A DNA stretch of 63,987 bases, counting the filler, from Octopus bimaculoides (lineage: Eukaryota), in the NCBI RefSeq assembly GCF_001194135.2. It is 8 parts of 8 records of this genome, joined end to end, with 100 filler letters (N's around TTAATTAATTAA, not from the genome) between each part and the next. Parts side by side here need not be neighbours in the genome. Positions count along the whole stretch, not along the records: positions 23,068 to 50,543 come from NC_068982.1; positions 50,644 to 55,431 come from NC_068998.1; 6 more parts are not named here. The stretch is one strand, 5' to 3'. Positions 39,683 through 52,006 of the stretch are shown one piece after another. The notes beneath the pieces are model-generated. The model saw nothing but the letters and a program-made list of their open reading frames with translations. It ran no database searches and had not been told where the DNA came from. A program made the position numbers and the translations under genes. Within the stretch, counting starts at the first letter, position 1. Each line of letters starts with the position of its first letter.

Positions 39683-40014
39683 GAATGCTCATAGCTCAGT
39701 ACTTAGAGCGTCGGACTCACAATCATGAAGTACTGAGTTCGATTCCTGGACTGGGCTGTGTGTAGTGCTTTTGAGCAAGACACTATTTCACGTTGCTCCA
39801 GTTCACTCAGCTGTAGAAATGAGTTGCAATGGCATTAGTGCCAAGCTGTATCGGCCTTTGTCTTTCCCTTGGGTAATATCGGTGGCGTAGAGAGGGGAGG
39901 CTGGTAAGCATTGGTAAGAGCTGGCCTTCCATCAACAACCTTACCCAGATTTGTTCCTCGGAGAGTAACTGTCTAGGTGCAATCCCATGGTCATTCATGA
40001 CCGAAGTGGGTCTT
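39683..40014 (+). mobile_element. full-length SINE family D with 11-bp TSD
   Basis: A-box-like tagctcagtactt, B box gagttcgattcc, body ttgagcaagacact..cactcagctg; TSD TAGTATTAGGT at 39672-39682 and 40015-40025. Confidence 0.9.
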
Positions 40015-40134
40015 TAGTATTAGGTTAGTACGGTCCAAAAATCCTGGTGTATGAAGTAAGTAAACTTCGGGTATGTATACAGTCAGTATAGATGACAAAA
40101 ATTTTCGATACGTGTATATATATGTGGGGGGGGG

Positions 40135-40280
40135 GGGCGTGTGGCTTAGTGGTTAGGGTATTCGGCTCACTATCGTGAAGTTGTGTGTACAATTCCCGGT
40201 GGTGCATTGTGTCCTTGAGCACGACACCTTATTTTAACGTTACCCCAGTCCACTCAGTTGGCAAAAATGAGTTGGCTGTT
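40135..40280 (+). mobile_element. SINE family D-related, 5' part
   Basis: tggcttagtggttaggg..gtgtccttgagcacgacac..ccactcagttggcaaaaatgag. Confidence 0.7.
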
Positions 40281-40578
40281 TGTCGTGAATAGCGTTTTAT
40301 ATATATATATATATATGTGTATGTGTGTGTGTGTGTGTGTGTATGTATATATATGTATGTATGTATGTATTATGTATGTATGTGTGTATGTACATACGTA
40401 TATTTAGACACACACACACATATATATATACATATGGATACATGTATAAATATGTAACATATATGTGTATAGATGTGTGTATGTGCGTGCACGTACGTTT
40501 GTGTATGTATGTACGCGCACATGTGTTTCTGTGTGTGTGTGAGTGCATGTCTGGGCTCGTGCGTGTGTGTGCGCTTAT

Positions 40579-40634
<56 letters not shown>

Positions 40635-41970
40635 CACACACACTCAAATGTTTCAACAAGAAAAGTAGGAGAGTCGATAAACCAAGTCAAGCGAAGATGA
40701 GAAATGCTTGAAGGAGGTGTGGGAATCAGCTTGGTTCCTCTGAAGAGTATGCCCTCATATAGTCCTATCTAGAGAAACGGTTGCATGAGATGTCATTAAA
40801 TAATGCACGGACGCAAATAAACTTGAATTATTTTAGGATAATCTTAGAAGAGTACAGGAAGATTATGCATGTGAGATCCGTCCCGCACAAAAAGTGGGCC
40901 GAAGTTGGGTTTCAAATACGGCACAGTCCAGAAGATTTACAAACGCAAGAGTCGTGGTGGGAGGTAGGAAGTCCAAGTGTAACTCGTGTGGGAGCACAGG
41001 AACTAGAAGGATGCCAAACCTGTACAAAACAACTAAAACCCATTTACTGTCCACGCAACAGAGACATCAACTTCAACAATAGTATCAGGAACTTCAGCTA
41101 AGAGTACACGCGCGCACACATATATGCGCACTCACACACACAAAACAGCCTCCACCTTTCCCTGCCGAATCACTTTCAAATAACGAATGAAAAACGGTGG
41201 AACCCAAAAAATAGCAAATGGTCACCAGAAAGGCCCAAAAAACAAAAGGCAAAAGGTCATAACTCCTCCATAAAAGCCACAATCGTTCATCTTTACGTTA
41301 AAATTCTATGAGGTCGACTTTGCTTTTCGATGAAATAAGTACCAGTTGAGCACTGGAGTCGATGTAATCGACTAATACTCTCCCTTGAATTGGTTTCTTA
41401 CCTCATTGTCGGCCTATAGTGGGTGTTTTACCCCATGTGTCAAAGTTACAGTAAATTATCCATACAGACATTACATGGTGTCAAACATTTCCTATAGAGA
41501 ACGCAGATACAGTAGTAGGAAAGAAATTCCAGAGGAATCCCACCAGGACTAAGCCTGGACTAAGCATGGAGACTATGGTTGAAGTCAAAAGCTGGAAGAA
41601 TAATTGGAATAGCTCTCTTTCAGTTAAAAGTCAGGAGTTTCTTTATTTGAAAACATCAATAACGAGTTAAACTAATTAAGCTATCTCTATAGTACAGGAA
41701 AGCATTGACTAGAGTATCAATATGATTTGCATTAGGCCTATGGTGTTATTACACAGGAAATGAGTATTTAACACTTTGCCCAAAGTTTTGGCACTCAATC
41801 GATCACTATTTAACACAAGGATTTGATGTTTGTTAGGCATTTTAATCGGGTTTACTAAGTCAGTGGGTGAGATAAAGCTGTTTGACTTCTAAATGTTGTA
41901 AGAATAATGCTTTGAAGAACTGAAGAAAGTATCATAACTGAATTGTCTTTCGAATATCTCTAATGAATTC

Positions 41971-43755
41971 CTAGTCTTCTTCTTCATCTGAATCACAGTT
42001 CTGACACGTATAATTGGATTCTCCAGGTGTGCATTCCTCGTGGGCCCACAGTCGACATGACACACACTATATCCACTTCTCCCCTGGTCTGTTGTTACAA
42101 AATGTCTTTCCACAAACCAGGCATAGCCATTCCTCATCGTGTGAATTTTCATCAAAAACATCATTCTGGTTTGAGCTTCTTTGTTTCTTTGTTGCTTCAT
42201 TAACACCACATTTTTCTCTTTTTTTACCTTTCTACATGTTCTTTTTGTTCTTTTCTTCCAAGGCTTTTTTTTTGTAAGGCGAAGATGTTAAAACCTCAGC
42301 ACTTTCTGTTTTACGCCTACGTGTGCGCTTTGTTACAGACTTCACAGGTGAACACAGCTTTGACAGTACAATTTTGGCAGACAAAATGTCTGGTGTTTGT
42401 GGGTTTGATCCACCAGCTGACGTTGATGGAGCATTCTCTGGATTTGTTTGCTGAGAGTCTCCAGTAATGACTTCTTCTGGTTGCCCTGGTCTTTTTTCTC
42501 CTTCCTGGTTGATAGATTTTTGTTGTCTCAGTGATGAAGCCTGTTGGGGTTGCTGCATAGCATTTTCTTGTGGTTCTGGATTATCAGTCAGTGTCGCTGC
42601 AATGAAATCATCATCAGAGAAGATGCTATCATTGAATGGCCAAAGCCCACAAGCCCTGAAACCTTTTACTACTTTTTCCCCTGTAGCTGTCTTGTTATAA
42701 ACAACTACAAAACTTTCTTTGATTGGCAACCATCCAGGTGTCTACTGATGTATTATATGCACTTTTCAAGGATTTGAAGAATGCTTTGTCTAGCGGCTGC
42801 ATCTTCTGGGTGCACTGAGGTGGCCGAGTTGTGAGTTCAATCCCATTTGTACGAGCGTATACAACAGCTGCAAGGGTTTTGTGGCTATGATGCCCATCCA
42901 GTATTATGTGCTGTTCTGCTTGTGACGGTTTCGCTATGGCAGTGAAGTGTCTCACTCATTTTAGGAAGCTTTCTTCGTCGGTCCAGCTGCTTTCAATGAA
43001 ATGACCTGCTGCTCCAGCTGTCGCGTTATTCATAAGAGCGTCTACCATACGCTTCTTGGGAAATATGAACATTGGAGGTATGTAAGCTCCAGCGGCATTT
43101 GTAGTACATATGACAGTTACTGTCTTTCCTTCTTTCCCACTGGTCATTTTACCAACTTCCCGTACCTCTTTGGTGGTAATGACATTTGCAGGCTTCTGAA
43201 CATTGGATACTCCTGTCTCGTTCATGTTTCAGACTTGCATAGGACCATAGTGGTTGCTGCATAGCACGCAATTGTAGGCATCGAAAAACTTCTCAACTTG
43301 AGGTTTGTTAAATCCAACTATCCTTGAAATGTTCATGGGTTCTGGCTTACGAATTTCAAGCTCTGGATGGAGAAACCCACTAAGCCAATCAGGCCCAGCC
43401 ATTTTACTATTGATATTAAATCGATGTTCTATGCCCATCTAGGTGGAAAAATCATATGCTAGTCTACGAACTATTTAGTTGTTAGCCCAAACAAAGCTTT
43501 TTCCATGCACTGAATCTTGGAAACAAGTCCAGCTTCAAACTCATAATTAATATCAGGCCGGAACCTACCTAGCAGTACAGATCCTGGTTTTGCAACTTTC
43601 CCATCCCAATGGCGTCTAAGTGTCCTAGAAGAAATCCCATAAGCTTTGGCTGTTGTCTTTAGAGCTGCACCTTCTTTAACTGCTTCAAAAGCTCTCTGCA
43701 AATCTTCCTGTGTATATGAGGCTCTCAACGTTTTACTTTTGTACATACGTGGCAT
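41971..43755 (-). pseudogene. pogo-superfamily (DD35D) transposase relic with N-terminal HTH/CENP-B-type domains and a C-terminal PHD finger
   Basis: Starts MPRMYKSK..YTQEDLQRAFEAVK..TAKAYGISSRTLRR. Triad remnants are *NMNETG, ILDGHHSH and QPLD, with 35 residues between the second and third D. Ends WLCLVCGKTF..WI*CVSCRLWAHEECT..TCQNCDSDEEED* (stop 41971-41973). Several stops and frameshifts. Confidence 0.9.
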
Positions 43756-43884
43756 TTTAGGTAAAACTCTAAGAGTAAAGAATAAACTGTTATAGCCTAA
43801 CAACAACCAGTCAATAATTCCGGGCGAAAAAAAATTGGGAATGCTTTGTGGGTGGGACGTGGGGGTCGCTTTTCATTCTGTATA

Positions 43885-44032
43885 CAAAAGCCGCTGAGCT
43901 TGACTTTGACTATCAGTCTTTCAGGGTTGACAAAATACGTAGCAGTTGAACACTGGCTTCGATATAATCGATTCATCCCCTACCCCAAAATTGCTGCCCT
44001 TGTGGCAAAATTTTGCACCATTATTATTAGTA
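43885..44032 (+). mobile_element. SINE family A, 3' part
   Basis: ttgactttg..cagttgaacactgg..tcgatataatcga..ccccaaaattgctgcccttgtg..ccattattatt. Confidence 0.6.
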
Positions 44033-44743
44033 TTATCATTATATATTTAAAATAAATATGTATACAATTATTTTACATATTCAGAACATGAACACTCCTT
44101 GTTACAGTTTTTTTTTTCTAGTTCAATTGTTGCGCAACCATGCATTAAATAAGTGAGTTTAAAAAATTTTTTTTTTTACAAAAGCATAAACAAAATATCA
44201 AGGATTGCAGACGCACTAATGTGAGGGATAACGACTATGCAGTCGCAAACAAACACGCACGCACATACACGGAGGAACATATACGCACACAAACATACGT
44301 AGAGGGACAAAGAGACTATGTATGTGAATGTGTGTGTGTGTGGAGGGGTTGTTTGTGTGAGTTATGAGGGAGACGACAAAACATTCCCATTTAAGTGAAT
44401 TTACGTAAGATATCACTCTTCTTTTATAGTTTACGCGGCAAAAATTTACTTGTGGACCATGTGTTTTGACAGTGAAGTAAAAAAAAAAACACAGAGATAA
44501 GGTTATGACACTCACCTATCCCTTCATAGTAATTGTTAATCTTATTGATGTTTTTGCTGTAGTGGTTATTGTTATTGTGGTTATTCTTCTTTGGACTTAT
44601 TACGATGTGAGACTAATTTCACCATCATATGCAACCGGTGCATGCGTGTATATGTTGTTCATGCGTGGNNNNNNNNNNNNNNNNNNNNNNNNNNNNNNNN
44701 NNNNNNNNNNNNNNNNNNNNNNNNNNNNNNNNNNNNNNNNGAG

Positions 44744-44794
<51 letters not shown>

Positions 44795-45299
44795 ATGTAT
44801 GCATGTGTGTATGCATGCGTGTATGCATGTGTGCGGCCACTGTGAAATCTGGTCATTTTACATTGTCTCATACCGGAAAGCTACCAAATGACAACCCAGG
44901 TGTAGTTCACCGGAAGTCCGCTTCACGACGTCACATTACTTTTCCATCATCCGATTATACTTGAGTTCTCACTACCAGAAGCAACAAGACAGAAATTAAC
45001 CGGAATACCGCACACATAATGAAATTACTTTATAGACGAGACATGGTCAAACGGTTAAGCAATCCGCTTGCAATCATGATGGCGTAGGTCGTGATGTTTG
45101 CTTTTTGCTGACCTTAAAGTTGCAAGAACGTTCATTTGGCAATTTCTGTAAGGACCTTGCCATGCTTCCATTTGTATCGGCCTTCTTTCAGTGCCCTACA
45201 ACATCCGGTCAAAATGTGATTCAGAGTGCAAAGAGTTGCTCCTTACAGCATGCTAATTGTGCCCTTCTCTTTGCCTCATATTTTAAGGTTATTTAAGTG

Positions 45300-46160
45300 A
45301 TGGCAACACAGGAGGAAGAACAATTTTCCCTGGTGGTTTTGAATCCCACCTCTATTGACGGAAATGCTAGGCAGGGCTTAGAGGTTTTGCCGTACAGGTT
45401 GACTGAGGAACACCCAGTTACCTCCGCACAACTTGATTGCACAGCCTTACCATCGCCTCCATTGAAAATATCAAACGTTGAACCTCCCGAATAAGTTGAT
45501 ATTTATAAACTGCTCAGAGCTAGTTGTTCAGTATCTTTGGCATTGCCGTTGTCCTTAAGAGTACAGGGGTAATACTTTCCAAGGCATCGGGTTCCTTTTT
45601 CTTGAATTGTTGGAATCTCAGATCCTTGAATGCTAAAGATGTTATTTATGACATTTCCTTTGAGGAAAATAAAATTCCAAGATTTTACATAGAATTTCAA
45701 ATTATGTGCCCATCTTTACCGGTGAACTCAGAGTCTGCCGTATCCTTTGGTTTGATGGTGTCATAAGCGTTATATCGTCCATAAAGACACTGCAGGTTAG
45801 TTATTTTGTGTTGTCGTCGATTATTGGTCCTCCCGGCTGTTTTCCTCCTGCCTCTTGCAGTGATCTCCATGAGAAAGTGCACGGATATTATGCACTCTAC
45901 CATCCTTTTCCATTCCCTACCATCCGGGGAAAAATTTCCCACATTGAGCCTCTCCTTCATAGAATCCATGTGCGACATTACGAGATTCACTAAACTCGAC
46001 TATTTTCCTCCCATTTCTTGTAGTAAATTCATGGCCGCTACGAAAAGACCACGAATAAATTGCAACCCGTCTTAGTAGACTTTTCAATCCATTACTATCT
46101 GGTGGGGAAATTTCCCACTTTAAAACTCACCTTCAGCTAATCCTTGCGCGACATTACGAG
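45300..46160 (-). mobile_element. HERO-like (R2-superfamily) non-LTR RT fragment(s)
   Basis: Minus strand gives MVECIISVHFLMEI, FMDDITLMT (45774-45785 encodes FMDD), FSIQGSEIPTIQEKGTRCLGKYY and RR*LGVPQS..NLYGKTSK..FPSIEVGFKTTR. The clade call is from recalled motif similarity. Confidence 0.75.
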
Positions 46161-46185
46161 CTTGACTACTGCTGTTCGTATTTAA

Positions 46186-46243
46186 AAGTACTCCAATCTG
46201 CTTTATAAGTACTCCAATCTGCTTTATAAGTACTCCAATCTGC
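46186..46243 (+). repeat. 21-bp tandem repeat, about 2.8 copies
   Basis: aagtactccaatctgctttat at 46186 and 46207, and a partial copy at 46228. Confidence 0.9.
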
Positions 46244-46441
46244 GTTAGCACGCCGGGCGAAATGCTTAGCGATATTTCGTTTGTCTTTACGTTCTGAGTT
46301 CAAATTCCGCCGAGGTCGGCTTTGCCTTTCATCTTTTCGGGGTCGATAAATTAAGTACCAGTTGCATACTGTGCTCGATCCAATCGACTGTCCGCCCTCC
46401 TCCAAAATTTCGGGTCTTGTGCTTTTAGTAGAAAAAGATTA
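46243..46441 (+). mobile_element. SINE family A, slightly 5'-truncated
   Basis: cgttagcacgccgggcgaaatgcttagc..gagttcaaattccgccgaggtcg..cttgtgcttttagtagaaaaagatta. Confidence 0.88.
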
Positions 46442-46849
46442 TGAAGTAAATATAAAACGTCTGCAGTTTATGGGGAATCAATAAAATATCTTTCTATCCA
46501 ACTTAAATCATCAATCATCAATCATAAATCATCAGTCATCCTGAGGGATGATTAGATAGTCCTTGTCGTTTCCGACGAGTGAACATAATCATTTACGGTT
46601 TCTTTTATTGTCGTGATACATATTTCGAACTTGTCTGATTGATTTATTGATAGGTTGATTGATTGATTGATTGATTGATTGATTAAGTGCATGATCAGTT
46701 TTAAAGCAATCTATGAAATTATATACAACTTATTCTGTTAAAACAAAAATTAGGGAAGGTAATAAAATGATTAAGTTTCTTGAGGATCTTTCATGAGACT
46801 TCGAACTTAGACTGGTTCCCATAGTGTATAAGTGACTGAAACTACAACA

Positions 46850-47048
46850 CTCTCCACCACACTGAACAGGACACAGTCTGTTGCAGGGTTGACTTCCCGG
46901 TTATTGCTGGAACTCCTTACAGCTGAGTGAACTGGAGCAACGTCAAATGAAATGCTTTGCTCAAGAACACCACTCAATTCGAAAATCGAAACTACGATCT
47001 TACGATCGCGAATGTAAAACCTTAATCACTCGACCACACGCTTCCATG
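46850..47048 (-). mobile_element. SINE family D
   Basis: The reverse complement has catggaagcgtgtggtcgagtgattaagg..gtgttcttgagcaaagca..gctccagttcactcagctgtaa. Confidence 0.65.
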
Positions 47049-47818
47049 TAAGTTCCTTTGCTTCGGCAGAAGAATGCATATGAAATAGATAATCAATGCG
47101 GTTGTTACTTAGTTCCTTCTCAGCAGAAAAAAATATTAGTAGTCATATGAAGTTATCTATCTATTCTACATGTGTCCTTTATTTAATGTAAGACATTAGA
47201 GCAGTGGTTTTCAGACTGGCAAATACCATACCCAACCCTAACTAAACATTAAAGAACTTTCTGCGCCCCTCCTATATATTGGCTTCAAATTTTGACACTA
47301 GCCAGCAAGTTCGGGGCAAGAGGTAAGTCAATTGCATTGATCCCCAGAGCTCAATTTGATCAACCTCGAAAGGATGAAAAACAAAATCGGCCTTGACGGA
47401 ATTTGAATTCAGAACGTAAAGACAGGCGAAATGCAACTATGCATTTTGTCTGACGTGTTTGCCCCACCTTTATATTAATGTTAAGGAGGAAAACGAGAAA
47501 AAAAAAACAGATTTTCATCGATTTAATTCTTCTTACGTTACTGTGGGGGTTAGATATGCTAAAACAGTTTAAAACCGGTTTATATACATGTTTTTTTTTT
47601 TTATTAAAATGACATTTTGTTTAACACCCATTTATTCTATTCTCATAAAATGTTCATCCTTCTATGAAAAACATTTCACTAGCGTGTGACTCGAGTGAGA
47701 TTTGGTTGTTCTTTCTAGCAAGTCAAGCAACCCCATAAAAGCACCCTCGTCGGATCGTACAATAATCAATATATAATTCATTCTAACGTTGGCACAAGGA
47801 TAGCAGTATGAAACGAAT

Positions 47819-47994
47819 GAGCAAGTTGGTTACATTGATTCCAGTACTTGACTGATACTTTATTTTATTGCACCTAAAAAGATGAAAAGGCAAAGTTGAC
47901 CTCAGCGGGATTTGAACCCGGCACGTAAAGAGCATGAACTTATGACACTAAGCCTTTCGACAGGCGTGGTAACGATTCTGCTTGCTCACCGCGT
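47819..47994 (-). mobile_element. SINE family A (diverged)
   Basis: The reverse complement has gcggtgagcaagcagaatcgtta..gggttcaaatcccgctgaggtcaactttgcctttt. Confidence 0.7.
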
Positions 47995-48821
47995 AAAATA
48001 ATCAATTTATAATAGAGGTCACGTACGATCGATGTATGCATTAACATCATGAGATACAATGTCAATGCTCTCACTCTCTCAAAATAAGAAAAAAGAGAGA
48101 AAGAAACGAAAAAAATGACAGGTCTTGGCACACCCTTATTTACGGAAGATGCGTGTAGTTCGGAGACATAGTTAACAAGACAAACACATGCCTTTAAAGC
48201 GATAAATAAACGAATACACAAACTAACAAGCCAACTGACACACATACACACACACAGAGTCATTGAGACAAACAAAGTGAATCATGCGATAAGAATACGT
48301 ATGGTTAAAGAGCAATAAAATGGCTGATTATAAGAGGTCTAACGAAGGCTGAAATGAATTGACGTCAGCAATTTTTTGGAAGACCAAGTTTCATTATTTA
48401 CATATTTGTTTGTTTGTTTATTTTAGAATCACCACCTTTATTAAACATGTTATTTTTCTCAATTTTTTATTTTTATTTTTTATTTATCTCATTCTTCACA
48501 TTTTTTCTTCACTCCACCCACATAGATTGTTTTCGTTCTCCCCTTCTTTCTCCAGATTCAGTTCCCCTTTTGCTATTTCATTTATCTCATACTACACCCC
48601 CTCGTACTTATATTCGCCCTCACTATGCTTTCACCCTTCTCTTTTTTTTTTATGCAATTCCATCTTTTTTTTTTTTTCTTTCACTCTTATACTAAAGCAT
48701 TGCTTCTCAACCAGGTCCATATAAGATTCTACGGTTAAAATATTTGTGCAATAAATTGGTTATATGTCTATAATAGACTGCGTGTAGATAGCAATGTGAG
48801 GACATTGGGGAAAAATTCTTT

Positions 48822-48995
48822 AGGTGTGGCTATGTGGTAAGAAGCTTACTTCCCAACCAAATGGTTCTGTGGAACCTTGGGCAAGTTCCTTCAACTATAG
48901 CCGACCAAAACTTTATCAGTGGATCTTAGACGGAAATTGAAAGACGCCCGTCGTATGTATATATATATAGGAACACACACACATGTTTGTACTGT

Positions 48996-49045
<50 letters not shown>

Positions 49046-49074
49046 GTGTGTGTGTCTTTGTGTCTGTGTCTGTG
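48822..49074 (+). mobile_element. SINE family B, 5' half and (TG)n, with the 3' half replaced by Tx1 sequence
   Basis: gtggctatgtggtaagaagc..gacggaaattgaaagacgcccgtcgtat, then microsatellite. Confidence 0.75.
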
Positions 49075-50304
49075 ACCCCGGGCAGGTCAATCCACGACAA
49101 TCTCCNNNNNNNNNNACCTTCCGCGGTTGGATTGCTGCTTTGTACAGCGACATCGAATCTGACGTTAAGGTGAACAGGTTCTTTTCGAAACCGTTCAGGA
49201 TCGAGCGTTCAGTTCGTCAGGGGTGTCACCTATCTCCGCTTTTGTATGTATTGGCTCTTGAGCCATTGCTGCGGAAGTTGGAGGCACTAGGGGGCGCGCC
49301 GCATGATCTATGGTGTTGAAGAGGAGCTACGGCTTATGCAGATGACATGTCCATCATCGTGGTGGATGAGNNNNNNNNNNCGCATGATCTATGGTGTTGA
49401 AGAGGAGCTACGGCTTATGCAGATGACATGTCCATCATCGTGGTGGATGAGGGCCAGCTTCCAGTGGTGGAAAAGGCTATCAAAAGTTACGAGGCGGTGG
49501 CAGGAGCAAAGGTTGACGAGGACAAGTCAGTCGGTTTGCAACTCGGCACCTGGAGGGGCAAGCCGATTCCTTCCAATAACGTCGTGGGGCGTTGGACGGA
49601 AGGCGGGGGCGTTAAGCTGCTCGGAGTCTGGATTGGTCCAGATAGAGAAAAATTAGAGTGAGATGGCCAGCACGGTGGCTGCTCTAACCCAGGCCTGGTC
49701 TGGGCAGGCGTTATCCTTGCTAGGAAGGGTGGTGATGGTGCAGAGGTTTATAACATCAATAATCACCTACCGTCTGACCGTGGTGCCTTGCCCCGATTTG
49801 TGGCTGAACAAATTTGAGAGAATCCTTTTCCGCTTTTTGTGGAAGGAAGGGAAGCCACTTGTAAAGCGCTCTGTCTGTTGCCAGAAACCACTAAAGGGTG
49901 GGCTAGGGATGCATTGGTTGAAGATGCGAAAATTCGCGTTAAGGTTGAGGCACCTCTGGCTTTACCTGGATGGAGAGCAGGTGTGGTCACCACACGTTCG
50001 GTTCTACCTTCCCCAGTTAACGTCCTTAACAGACATTGATGCATGGATCAAGCGGAGACCTATGCTGGGAGACTGGCATTTGGAGTGCCGTCAGGCACTC
50101 CAGCTACTCTCTCGGGCAGGCAACCCCTGGAGCAGGAGTTCCACCGCGGATTTCTATAGTGAGTTAGTGGAATCTATATCAGAAGACGCCTTGGGGGAGA
50201 CCCTGGACTACGATGAAAATCAGTTGATCAACCTGTTCAGGAGAACGTTCGGGCCGGGGTATCTGGATAATTACTAGAAATCCTTGGTTTTGCAGTGCTT
50301 CCGT
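49075..50304 (+). mobile_element. Tx1-like (L1 clade) LINE ORF2 reverse-transcriptase fragment, inactivated
   Basis: PGRSIHDNL, RQGCHLSPLLYVLALEPLL, AYADD (49335-49346), KLLGVW and FRFLW..KGGLGM motifs; stops at 49317 and 50275 and a frameshift near 49640. Confidence 0.9.
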
Positions 50305-51159
50305 GCGGAAGAAAGAGATGTGGCACCACAGAGGAAGACAGGTACCAGCGTTGAGAAATCGAATACCAGCTGGGAAATGGTGGAAAAGAAGAGCAGGAAG
50401 GGGAGGAAGAAGAGACACGTGGTGAAGGATGACCCCCAACCCACACACACCCACATCCACTCGGCCCCAACCGCTCCCTCCAGACACCAGCCCTTCCCAC
50501 GTCCGCCCAGCAAGAAGAGAAGCAGAAACACACAGGAGCCCCANNNNNNNNNNNNNNNNNNNNNNNNNNNNNNNNNNNNNNNNNNNNTTAATTAATTAAN
50601 NNNNNNNNNNNNNNNNNNNNNNNNNNNNNNNNNNNNNNNNNNNTATATATTTATATATATTTATAAAGAGTGTTTAGACATTATAACCATCTGATATGTT
50701 GGATGCTAGAAAGTAGCTAAGTGGCTGATAAATTAATTGCAGAAGAGGCGAGATGCTTATGGAGATTAAAAAGTTTAGTGAAAGAGCAGATATACACAAA
50801 TGCAAATAGATAAACTGCTATGATTCAATGAAGATGGTAATCTGATTTATGGGTTATTTATTGTCATTAACACAGGGTCATGGTAAGTACGCTCCGTATA
50901 ATAGCATATCCTGCAAGCGCTCAGTGACGAGTTAGCCGGTGGAGATAGAAACTATATGCTACATTTAAAATAGCAGAAACCTTTGTAGAATTTAATCTGA
51001 GGCTATGGAATGGCAGCTGTTCAGTGATGCAATTGGTAACGTGGTCACTCAGTAAGCGGTAGAGGCATGGATTTAACATCGTTCGGAGCTCTATTTTTTC
51101 TGTCTTAAATTGATGTTTATAATGTCTGTGTCATTCATCTAAAATACACTTGCTATCTT

Positions 51160-51356
51160 TTATCTTTTACTTGTTGCAGTAATTTGACTGCAGTCATGCA
51201 GGGGTACTGCCTTAAAGGGTTTTAGTCGACTAATTTTTTAAAGCCTAATTCTCATTCTCTCAGTTTCTTTTGCCAAACTGCTAAGTTACGGGGACATAAA
51301 CCCATCAACGCTGGTTGCCAAGTGGTGACGACGGACAAACACAGACACAAAGACAC
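51160..51356 (-). mobile_element. SINE family B, 3' half
   Basis: tcttttacttgttgcagt..gactgcagtcatgc..gctaagttacggggacataaac..gttgccaag. Confidence 0.7.
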
Positions 51357-51374
51357 ACACATAGATACTATATA

Positions 51375-51758
51375 TTGGGTCATCCCACAGATAATGCGGT
51401 TTTTTAATTGCATGAACTAAAAGTCGGAGGGGATGGGATAAACTACCTGCATCAACTTGCTATAAAATCAGGTAGTAATTTTATCTTGTACTTATTCTTA
51501 GTGCAAGTTTTGAAGAATGCAGTTCAATTTTAACAGTTATTTTTTCGAAGCTATAATGGAAGTGACAAAGGAGCATATTCGGCATATTTTGCTTTATGAG
51601 CTCAATAAAGACAACAACGCAACGCAAAGTGCAAGGAACATTAACGCAGTATATGGGGATCGGACAATAAGCATAAGCCAGAGTCAACAGTGATTCCAGA
51701 AATTCCGAGCTGGAAACTACAGCTTTGAAGACGAGCCTCATCTTGGAAGATCTGTGGA
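51375..51758 (+). mobile_element. mariner (Mos1-like) 5' end with N-terminal HTH
   Basis: TA plus ttgggtcatccc TIR; ATG at 51556 gives MEVTKEHIRHILLYELNK..ARNINAVYG..*FQKFRAGNYSFEDEP. Confidence 0.88.
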
Positions 51759-51972
51759 TCCGTACTTTAGTGTCATTTTTATGTATAATTGTATACAAAA
51801 AACGAGAAACGTTAATTAAAAAAAATCACTGAATGCGTTTAAGTAGAGTATCACGTTTGTTTTCGCAAGGAAAGGTTAAGCTGTGACTTGGAGGTTTCAT
51901 CGGTTGTTGACCGTTCGTCAGACTGACGATGCCAACAAACTTCGAAACCTTTGTCAAACTTTTCCATGTATG

Positions 51973-52006
<34 letters not shown>

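Noticed and set aside
43980-44020. Apparent pogo TIR (gtggcaaaattttgcacc vs 41778-41797)
   Set aside because: The segment is the 3' tail of SINE family A; the similarity is short and probably coincidental.
46186-46243. CRISPR-like direct repeats
   Set aside because: The 21-bp units are contiguous with no spacers, the context is eukaryotic, and there are no cas genes.
49300-49451. 71-bp duplication of the YADD region in the Tx1 RT
   Set aside because: Identical copies directly flank a 10-N gap, which indicates an unmerged contig overlap.
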